Below, in pieces: positions 29,803 through 36,988 of a stretch of DNA of 64,000 bases (the stretch's first letter is position 1; every line of letters starts with the position of its first letter). The translations under genes were made by a program, and so were the position numbers. Source of the DNA: a virus; the IMG/VR virus record IMGVR_UViG_3300027777_000023, positions 1-64,000 of that record; one strand, written 5' to 3'. Under the pieces are notes generated by a model. It had not been told where the DNA came from, made no database searches, and saw only the letters and a list, made by a program, of their open reading frames with translations.

Positions 29803-30717
29803 ATGGAACAAGTTTTAGATTGGTTGAATGAAAATGAGGTCAGGGCTTACCCTTTGCTGGGGGACGCCAGTAAAAATGTAACTGCGTTAACGTGGAATTA
29901 TAGCTTACCTGACAATTTTTTATTGGATTTACAGTTATTGTCTACAGTGAGCCTCACAGTCGTAGACCCGCAATTGGGACCATTACCTGCACCAGTGTCA
30001 CTTTCAGGTTTATTGTATGCTTCAGGAGACCTGACGGTGACATTTAGCGCAGCCGAAAATATCATCACAACCTTTGTAGTTGTTAATGCGGCTCACGCGA
30101 TTTATCCCTATTATGTACGGAATGCTGACGGTTGCCTTGCAGTATTCGGTGCCGGTACACAAACACTTGTAACCTCAGGCATACCTGTCGACCAGCTTGT
30201 CGTGGTAGACATATCGACTGAACCTACTGTTTGCGTACAATTCAATGATACTTGGCTTGGTGTGAGTGGTATCAGCGTATCACCTGAAAAAAAGACAGTT
30301 GCTCCTGGTTATGCGCCTCGACTACCTATTGAGCCTAACCCTACCGTAAGCAAATTGACTGGTGATGTTAAATTTTTAGAGGGCTATAATTTTAGGGTAA
30401 ACATCGCAAACAATCTGATTGACTTGGAGATTAGCTCAAGTTATGGTTTGATTATGAACTGCAGTACATCTTTCCTGCCCGCAAGGTACTTAGATTGCTC
30501 TGAGCTTGTTTCGTATATTAACGGTGTGCCCCCAGACACGCACGGTAAATTTACATTAAACCCAGGTAATAATATAAACATACCCACAGGTGATGTGTTG
30601 AGTGCGTTTGCAGATCCTTTAGAGGAGTCCGCAAATACTCATTCGTTATTTGTGGGTCTAACGTTCCAGTCGACAGATTTGTGCGCTCCAGTCAATATCA
30701 CACCATCTATAACGTAA
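29803..30717 (+). CDS. Fibre-scaffold paralog 5
   Basis: 'WLNENEVRAYPL', 'LTGDVKF', 'VSYINGVPPD'. Confidence 0.5.
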   Translation: MEQVLDWLNENEVRAYPLLGDASKNVTALTWNYSLPDNFLLDLQLLSTVSLTVVDPQLGPLPAPVSLSGLLYASGDLTVTFSAAENIITTFVVVNAAHAIYPYYVRNADGCLAVFGAGTQTLVTSGIPVDQLVVVDISTEPTVCVQFNDTWLGVSGISVSPEKKTVAPGYAPRLPIEPNPTVSKLTGDVKFLEGYNFRVNIANNLIDLEISSSYGLIMNCSTSFLPARYLDCSELVSYINGVPPDTHGKFTLNPGNNINIPTGDVLSAFADPLEESANTHSLFVGLTFQSTDLCAPVNITPSIT

Positions 30718-31046
30718 TGCAACAAAATAGACCTAGAAGACTGGTACTTACCAGTGTAAATCAAGTAATAACTTTAGTTAGAGGGAATCCCAAACTAGCT
30801 GAACTGATGCCCAAGCTTTCAGCCCTGGATAATATGGAGTTGAGCACTGCACCTAAGAAATCTTGTAACTGTGGCGGCAAGCAAAACTTCACAACCCCAG
30901 ATGTAAATAAGCAAACCACAGAAAACATACTGTCTTCGATGGGTGCCGCAGACTTTTTACAAATTAAAAACATTTTAGAATTAACTGAGTTGTGCTATTA
31001 TAAAAGAAACACAGAACTGAATAAACTGGAAATGATTTGCGTTTAA
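30717..31046 (+). CDS. Hypothetical protein with CxC motif
   Basis: TAATG overlap with the upstream stop; 109 aa; 'SCNCGGK'. Confidence 0.5.
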   Translation: MQQNRPRRLVLTSVNQVITLVRGNPKLAELMPKLSALDNMELSTAPKKSCNCGGKQNFTTPDVNKQTTENILSSMGAADFLQIKNILELTELCYYKRNTELNKLEMICV

Positions 31047-31047
31047 T

Positions 31048-31728
31048 ATGATTGACGAGACTGCGCCACAATTTTTTATGCCTGATGCTTCAGGCGACAG
31101 TCAACAGGTGTACAAAACTGTGATTGACGGACTTGAAGCTCTTCAAGCATCACAGATAATTGCACGGCGCAGTCAGTCACCGTCAGTGCACGAGTCCACA
31201 CTTACCATAGATGGTATTCCAGGCATTCCTTTTGAGAAAGGCATACCTAATCCAGATGTGTTCTATCAGGGTGAAGATATCGTATATGACCTCTTTTTAT
31301 TCCACGAAGGATCCGCAGTTTCTACAGATGATTTTGATGTTAAGGTATTGGTTAAAACTAGCAGCAGAGCAGGTAACGTAGCTTGGGAGGGAATTCTTGA
31401 AGATGGAGTATATCCGAAACCAAATCAATCAGGATATTATGAAATCTGGATTCCATCTAATGCTACCGCCAGCTTGCTTGCAGGAACATATTATCTGCAG
31501 GTGTTACTACAGGAGCGTGTTGGTGCCGGTAAAGGAAAGTATGATAGAAAATATGTGATACTTCAGAACTGCTTTAATATAGAATATAGTAATTTCTCAG
31601 AACATCCAGAGACCGCATCTAAAACCGCTAAAGGTTTGACTCGTGGTGACGCAGAAGCAACATGGCCTAATACGCCAAATACCATCGGTCAACAGGCACA
31701 TACGCCTACCGCACTATACTTAAATTAA
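31048..31728 (+). CDS. Hypothetical protein with an Ig-like (BppU-like) beta-sandwich
   Basis: 'FYQGEDIVYDLFL...YEIWIP..ATASLLAGTYYLQV' pattern. Confidence 0.45.
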   Translation: MIDETAPQFFMPDASGDSQQVYKTVIDGLEALQASQIIARRSQSPSVHESTLTIDGIPGIPFEKGIPNPDVFYQGEDIVYDLFLFHEGSAVSTDDFDVKVLVKTSSRAGNVAWEGILEDGVYPKPNQSGYYEIWIPSNATASLLAGTYYLQVLLQERVGAGKGKYDRKYVILQNCFNIEYSNFSEHPETASKTAKGLTRGDAEATWPNTPNTIGQQAHTPTALYLN

Positions 31729-31751
31729 TTTCAGTGTTTTTGCCATTTTTA

Positions 31752-31760
31752 TGGTATAAT
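31752..31760 (+). promoter_or_regulatory. Extended -10 promoter (TGGTATAAT) for the tmRNA-tRNA unit
   Basis: Exact TGn-TATAAT in the intergenic region upstream of tmRNA. Confidence 0.6.
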
Positions 31761-31767
31761 ATCTTGA

Positions 31768-31801
31768 ATAGCGCGAATTAGCTTTTGCTGACGCTATTTT
31801 T
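31768..31801 (+). terminator. Terminator-like hairpin with U-tract
   Basis: AATAGCG/CGCTATT outer stem, TTAGC/GCTGA inner stem, TTTT loop, followed by a T run. Confidence 0.5.
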
Positions 31802-31885
31802 ACGTTGCGGTAACCACAAACCCACTGGTAGTAGGTTTTCTTGTAATTGGAAAGTAGCAAGATAGAAACCCTGCCGCAACGTAAA
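31799..31885 (+). ncRNA. Candidate structured RNA of about 87 nt
   Basis: Perfect 12-bp closing stem TTTACGTTGCGG/CCGCAACGTAAA (14 bp with wobble) enclosing a GGAA-capped hairpin. Confidence 0.45.
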
Positions 31886-31898
31886 TTCTTTCTTTTAT

Positions 31899-32312
31899 GG
31901 GCCCGTACTGGTTTCGACTGAGAGTTGGAACTATAGACTGCACGTCGAGGAAGCCTGGTTGGCCTCGTTAAAACACCTAGGCAAAGCTAGTCGTCAATAA
32001 CATTGACTTCGCCCCTTCGGTTGAAGAAGCTGATGCAGTCCTCGCCACCTTCGGGTACGCGGACGCTGATGCGATCCTCGCTGCCTAAGGAGTGCCTGGA
32101 ATTGATTGTCTGCTATTTTCCAGGGTAACACGCAGCAGACTGGTTTGTGGGAGTATTGAATCCTACTCCACATAACGAGATAATGGATAATCGAGAAGTC
32201 GTAGCCTGCTTGTTGGCGCCGTCTTCTCTAAATAAAAATAACATAGCTAAACGTGTAGAGGTTTATAGTGAAGGCGTTCAGGACAGGGGTTCAACTCCCC
32301 TCGGGTCCACCA
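31899..32312 (+). ncRNA. ssrA: tmRNA (414 nt), tag (A)VNNIDFAPSVEEADAVLATFGYADADAILAA
   Basis: 5' GGGCCCGTACTGGTTTCGAC; 3' T-arm GGTTCAACTCC and CGGGTCC-A-CCA; G3:U70 pair; pk1 followed by UAGUC, resume codon at 31993, TAA at 32086-32088. Confidence 0.95.
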
Positions 32313-32317
32313 CTTTT

Positions 32318-32585
32318 AGGGGTGAAGCTTAATGGTATAAGCAGGCGACTCATAAAAATTGTGCATTATAACGAGAAATCATATAATGAATGATGTCAAA
32401 TTCGGTGAAACCTAAAACAGAAATGTTAAGGCAACGCCGAGCGAAGCCTCGAAAGAGGAACGTGTAGAGACTTGACGGCATCCTCCTAAGGCGCAAGCTA
32501 AGGAGAAGACAAAGTCCAGGGAGTGAGGAAACTCACACAAACCTAAATCGCTCGACAGTGGGTTCGATCCCCATCACCCCTACCA
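32318..32585 (+). tRNA. trnI-CAU: tRNA(CAU), most likely Ile2; exons 32318-32353 and 32546-32585
   Basis: Joined exons give a 76-nt cloverleaf with encoded CCA; anticodon arm GGCGA-CTCATAA-TCGCT matches E. coli tRNA-Ile2 as I recall it; G3-C70 argues against Met. Confidence 0.9.
32354..32545 (+). mobile_element. Group I intron, Azoarcus (IC3) type, 192 nt, terminal A
   Basis: P1 CAU/GUG with U.G pair; P3 GATGTC/GGCATC; P4 TTCGGT/GCCGAG; P7 GAGACTT/AAGTCC; P8; P9 GTGAG-GAAA-CTCAC; ends ACACAAACCTA. Confidence 0.93.
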
Positions 32586-33097
32586 TTTATCTCGCCTAAC
32601 GTGAGCAGATTGTGGTCAAATTCCCAATGACAGTTAGGACACAGGAATAGTATGTTTTCCCTGGCGTTAACTGTCTTTAGTTTGGTTTTTTTGGGAAAAG
32701 AAGAAATAGGGCGGATATGACAAATCTCGATATGTTTGTTGTAGCCGCACCGCTGGCACAAAGGATTGGTCTTCTCTGCTTTATATAGGCTATTGGCATG
32801 ACCTCGAATTTGATCATAGTGGTTCGCTCCTTTTCTTGCCGCGATTTCTTCTATGGTTGCTTCATTTCTATCTTTACCTTGTAGATGCTTTTTGTGTGCG
32901 ATACAGGCATCGCAAAAGACATTAAGTCTACCGTATTTGTTCGGGTACAAGATAATTTCACAACCTTTACAAATCTTAGACCGAGTTGACCGTCTTTTTG
33001 GTTTAATTGTATTGTTGTGTCTAGCGGCACAGCGCCTACTACAAAACTTTTTTTGATCTCTGGTCTTTAACTTTGTGGTGCAGGTGATGCAATTCAT
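32543..33097 (-). CDS. Free-standing HNH endonuclease with Zn-binding motifs
   Basis: 'CITC...FCSRRC', 'CKGC...CDAC', 'CQRC...EICHIRP...NARENILFLCPNCHWEFD'. Confidence 0.9.
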   Translation of the reverse strand: MNCITCTTKLKTRDQKKFCSRRCAARHNNTIKPKRRSTRSKICKGCEIILYPNKYGRLNVFCDACIAHKKHLQGKDRNEATIEEIAARKGANHYDQIRGHANSLYKAEKTNPLCQRCGYNKHIEICHIRPISSFPKKTKLKTVNARENILFLCPNCHWEFDHNLLTLGEINGRGDGDRTHCRAI

Positions 33098-33126
33098 ATA
33101 ATTATTTATTATTTGGGTTAGGGTTG

Positions 33127-33168
33127 CCCCAACTACTTCACTATATTTGTGAGGTAGTTGGGGTTTTT
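33127..33168 (+). terminator. Intrinsic terminator (+ strand)
   Basis: CCCCAACTACTTCAC / GTGAGGTAGTTGGGG stem followed by TTTTT. Confidence 0.8.
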
Positions 33169-34467
33169 CTAGACCTCATTTTCTTTAGCTGGTGCCTGTG
33201 CAACGATTTTTACGTTGTGGCAGGTGAGCTGAATCATAGTCATTAGTTGTCTAATGTACTTCTCATTTATGAACGGTATACCTATACCTAGATTAAGAAA
33301 CATCTTTCGTATGCCTTTAGCAAACAGAAAACAACTCACAAAATATCTATCCTCCATCTCAAACGGTACAGCATGCTCTTCAAAATAGACCATGCCGCAC
33401 CAAACAAACTCATCCTCATTTTTTTTACGTATCTCTTTAATATCTAATGTGAAGTTTGTGAGTTGTTCTTCTTCACGTTTACCTACAAGGAAATAGGCTT
33501 TGTCTCTTTTAATATATGTTCTGCCTTGCACAGTAAATTGCTGTTCTCGGCTTTTCATCCAGCTGTCCATCAGTTTTTGCCCACTCAGTTTTTCAAGTTC
33601 TAATACTTGGCTGTAGTTGAGCATTTGTAGATGGTTTCGCAAATCATCATTTCCTTGTTTGCCTATAAGCAACTCGGTAAGATCTTCAGTAAATAAAGAA
33701 TGATTGTTCTCACTCCAGATTTTGATTAGCTGTTCTGTAGTAAGCATAGTGGATAATTTGACCGGTGTGTTGTTCCAGTAGTCGTTTTTATAGTTCCATG
33801 TATTGCCCTGCTTTATTTTAAGCTCTTCAATATTACGAACGATCTCAACGCCGGATTTACCATACCAGCCATATTCACAGTTTAGAAACAATGTTTCACG
33901 CTCATTCATATCGTTTAGCTTGGCGAGCTCTAAAGAGCAAATATGCTTGGGTGAACAGAACGAGGGTATAACTATAGTCTTTTTGTATTTATACTTTCGA
34001 TCCAAAGACAAGTTAGGAAAAGCTTTTAGAACTTTTTCAGTGATATAGCCAATCTTATTGTTCAGCAGCTCAGGCATACCCATATCGTTCAAGATGTCTC
34101 TAAAATACAAAACTTTATCATGGTATCTCGCCCGGCTGGTCTGCGCTTCCTGAGCACTCATCAACCACAAGGCCTGATACTGCATTATTCTGGTCTGATC
34201 TTTAAAAAGATTCTTTTCAGCATACTCACTATAGGGTAAACTGAAGTCAAAACAATCACTGAAGTCTCTGCATATTATTCGATACAATCTGCTCCAATCA
34301 CCTATAGGAAAAAAATCGAATATGTTTCCAACAAAATCACTGGTCTTGGAACGAGCATACCAACCAAACATAGGCACACGAACGAAATCAAAATCGGCCG
34401 AACTTCCACCTAGTTTAGACACAACACTAGGTAGGTTTATTTTTGAATTGAAAGAATTTAACAACAT
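33169..34467 (-). CDS. Hypothetical protein (possibly degenerate primase/DUF927-like)
   Basis: 432 aa ORF; the family guess is weak. Confidence 0.5.
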   Translation of the reverse strand: MLLNSFNSKINLPSVVSKLGGSSADFDFVRVPMFGWYARSKTSDFVGNIFDFFPIGDWSRLYRIICRDFSDCFDFSLPYSEYAEKNLFKDQTRIMQYQALWLMSAQEAQTSRARYHDKVLYFRDILNDMGMPELLNNKIGYITEKVLKAFPNLSLDRKYKYKKTIVIPSFCSPKHICSLELAKLNDMNERETLFLNCEYGWYGKSGVEIVRNIEELKIKQGNTWNYKNDYWNNTPVKLSTMLTTEQLIKIWSENNHSLFTEDLTELLIGKQGNDDLRNHLQMLNYSQVLELEKLSGQKLMDSWMKSREQQFTVQGRTYIKRDKAYFLVGKREEEQLTNFTLDIKEIRKKNEDEFVWCGMVYFEEHAVPFEMEDRYFVSCFLFAKGIRKMFLNLGIGIPFINEKYIRQLMTMIQLTCHNVKIVAQAPAKENEV

Positions 34468-34469
34468 AG

Positions 34470-34475
34470 TATAAT
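34470..34475 (+). promoter_or_regulatory. -10 box TATAAT in an 18-bp divergent intergenic gap
   Basis: Exact TATAAT, 10 nt before ATG 34486. Confidence 0.4.
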
Positions 34476-34485
34476 AAAATTAATT

Positions 34486-35547
34486 ATGAGTATTTACAAC
34501 TTTGATGCAAGCACAGACTATTCAGGCAAAGAACTATACAACATCACAGCCCATGTAGACTTACCTGAGTACGTTAAGACTGCAGAGGTAGACGACAGCG
34601 TCGAGCTTCGGAAGCTACCTAAAACGGCTTTTGCTGATAGTGAGCGGATGATATATCCCATTAATAGTCCATCTAGAGTTTATGTGAGTAACGCTTACTT
34701 CATGAATAAGCGCGCTGATATAGTTAAACTATACGGAGAAGACTATGCAGGTCAACTACAAAGCAACATTGAAAAGGCTGCTGAGATCTTTGAAATCTCT
34801 GAAGATTTGGTAGATTACAATCGCAGCTTTAATGAGAAGCAAGCATCTGACTATGTGGAAAACTACATGGTAGATTTTAATGTTTCTGGTATGAGTGTCC
34901 CTGTGCAGCTTTATCCTGTAAAGACTGCGCAAGATCTTTCTGAGTCTGCCGAAGCATTCACCAAGAACATCAGCAAATTCCCGTTCGACATCAGGGTTAA
35001 ATCTGCTGAAAACTTTGTCAAGGCAGCCGGAGAACTAGGAGTTGATGATTTGCCTGAGCTGCTTTTGAAGTATGCTGGGATGTATTATCCTGACCTCACC
35101 AATCTGTCTAACGAAATTTGGCGTAGAAGCACAAAGCTCACTAAAGAAGCCCATAAGAAGGTTTATGAAAGCATAAGCAAAGACCTCAGCAACATGACAG
35201 ACCTGAAAGAAGTGATGAAGGTCGCTGAAGTGCTTTTCGACATCGAGAACATGGAAGGTCTTTACGACAATGTAAAAGTTGCACAGATTCTTGGAGACCC
35301 TGTGGATCGTATCTTCACAGAACAGATCACTAAGATTGCATCAGATTTGAGCTACGTCGAGGTTCATGGTGATAAGTATAAGCTGGACGATCTCACAAAG
35401 ATCAGCAAAGATCAGTATGAAGAAGCATTCGGCGATTGTGGAATTGACCCCTCGAGCCCAGAGAAGATCGCAGACATTCTTCCTACAATGCCAAGAAGCG
35501 ATGTAAAGCTTCTTGAAGAAATTACAGGACTTCGACCAATTAACTAA
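34486..35547 (+). CDS. K-x-A-rich protein, probable head/scaffold component
   Basis: 353 aa; 14 K-x-A motifs; near the terminase gene. Confidence 0.5.
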   Translation: MSIYNFDASTDYSGKELYNITAHVDLPEYVKTAEVDDSVELRKLPKTAFADSERMIYPINSPSRVYVSNAYFMNKRADIVKLYGEDYAGQLQSNIEKAAEIFEISEDLVDYNRSFNEKQASDYVENYMVDFNVSGMSVPVQLYPVKTAQDLSESAEAFTKNISKFPFDIRVKSAENFVKAAGELGVDDLPELLLKYAGMYYPDLTNLSNEIWRRSTKLTKEAHKKVYESISKDLSNMTDLKEVMKVAEVLFDIENMEGLYDNVKVAQILGDPVDRIFTEQITKIASDLSYVEVHGDKYKLDDLTKISKDQYEEAFGDCGIDPSSPEKIADILPTMPRSDVKLLEEITGLRPIN

Positions 35548-35553
35548 TCATAT

Positions 35554-35778
35554 ATGCCAAATCCGGATCCTCAATATGTTGCAGCATTTAAAGCCAGTTC
35601 TAAAAGATATGGTGCTAGTGAAGAGCAGATTACAGAATTGTTGAACGCCACACTAGCTATGCATGAAAAGCTGCTAGAGATGGAGCATCTTTCTGTACCG
35701 GTTACACCCCACGAAGAAACATCCACATCAATTCCTGTAGCTGTAGAAACTGCGGAAACGTCGCACCAGGACATATAA
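35554..35778 (+). CDS. Small acidic hypothetical protein
   Basis: 74 aa; TATG start context. Confidence 0.5.
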   Translation: MPNPDPQYVAAFKASSKRYGASEEQITELLNATLAMHEKLLEMEHLSVPVTPHEETSTSIPVAVETAETSHQDI

Positions 35779-35801
35779 ACTAGCTATAATATTAACTTAA
35801 C

Positions 35802-35831
35802 AAGCCCGGACTAATCCTCCGGGCTTTTTTT
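35802..35831 (+). terminator. Intrinsic terminator
   Basis: AAGCCCGGA/TCCGGGCTT stem plus T run. Confidence 0.85.
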
Positions 35832-36389
35832 ATGTTTACGAAAGACGACGTACACCTACTCTGGCAAGAAAGTAAATACCTAAAGAAACGCGGAATCGAG
35901 CCGCATGGACATCACAATCAAACAACGATGTATAACGAGGCGATGCGTACAGGAAAACCTGTAATCGTCAATGTTAGTAATTTGGTAAGATACACAAGAC
36001 AATATCTGAAGCGTTTTGAATTTAATTTTTTTATTTTGAGAAGATACTTTGATGACGAACCCCGGACCGTTGTTGACAGAAATGATTATCGGATCACGGC
36101 AACAAATCCTATATTAGCACTATACAGACCATCACTAGAATTCAGCTCGATCAAGATCGTGCAGCCGTTGGAAGAGCAGATAATAGATGAAACCCAATGG
36201 GCGCATACCTCACCGCACACGATATCAAGAAAACCCCGAGTAACGTTAAAACCACCATTTGGTGTGGACTATCGAACTAGAGCAGAAGATAGTATACCGA
36301 TCGAACACGTCATGACATGGATGCCTACTATTAACACTGCATATGAGGCGGTAGCCGCCCAATTCTTCAAGGATGGGGTGCTGGTGTAG
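35832..36389 (+). CDS. Hypothetical protein
   Basis: 185 aa ORF; no motif recognised. Confidence 0.5.
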   Translation: MFTKDDVHLLWQESKYLKKRGIEPHGHHNQTTMYNEAMRTGKPVIVNVSNLVRYTRQYLKRFEFNFFILRRYFDDEPRTVVDRNDYRITATNPILALYRPSLEFSSIKIVQPLEEQIIDETQWAHTSPHTISRKPRVTLKPPFGVDYRTRAEDSIPIEHVMTWMPTINTAYEAVAAQFFKDGVLV

Positions 36390-36439
36390 CAGGGATATTC
36401 CAGGTAGACCTAGGGGTCATAACAAACTATAATTAAAGG

Positions 36440-36988
36440 ATGAAGACTAAAAAAGAAATACTATCCGACGACAAATCACCAGCCATCGCACTCCTTCGAT
36501 TAACGATCAAGGAATACGGTAACGAATGCTTTGAGTGGGAACCTTTGGTTTTGAAAGCTGAACTGCAGCGTGATTTTGATTGCGAACTATCAGACACGCA
36601 ATCAGATAAGCTGCAGGCAGCAATCACACTTCTCACAACAGACACCTATGAGAATTTCATAAGTGTGTTTGAGACGTTCAACCATTTGTTCAATCATCAG
36701 CATGCTCACCTGGAAGAGTTAGACCCATTAGAAGCTGAGGAGCTGATACTGGGACTCACAGAGGCATATTTGATTCGTGGTGAATCTTTAGACTTTTCTC
36801 CCGAAGTTAGAGTGTACGCTGGTCAAATATTCCACGACTATGGAATGCATAAACCTCCAACATTATTCCCAGAAGCAATTATGCGGGAGCGTGATGGTAG
36901 CGATACAGAAAAGAACGAAGCTCTTCAAGAGATCTTCGATGAAAAAATCAAAATAGTAGAAGCATATTTAAAACAATGCACAAATTAA
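36440..36988 (+). CDS. Hypothetical helical acidic protein
   Basis: 182 aa; TATAAT at 36428-36433, 6 nt before the ATG. Confidence 0.55.
   Translation: MKTKKEILSDDKSPAIALLRLTIKEYGNECFEWEPLVLKAELQRDFDCELSDTQSDKLQAAITLLTTDTYENFISVFETFNHLFNHQHAHLEELDPLEAEELILGLTEAYLIRGESLDFSPEVRVYAGQIFHDYGMHKPPTLFPEAIMRERDGSDTEKNEALQEIFDEKIKIVEAYLKQCTN

Noticed and set aside
31838-31862. SRP (4.5S) helix-8-like GGAA loop followed by AGCA
   Set aside because: The register matches, but the 5' side is UGUA rather than CAGG and can pair conventionally, so the Ffh-binding loop is absent.
32147-32332. 61-aa ORF in the track
   Set aside because: Lies within the tmRNA 3' half and the tRNA start; a shadow ORF.
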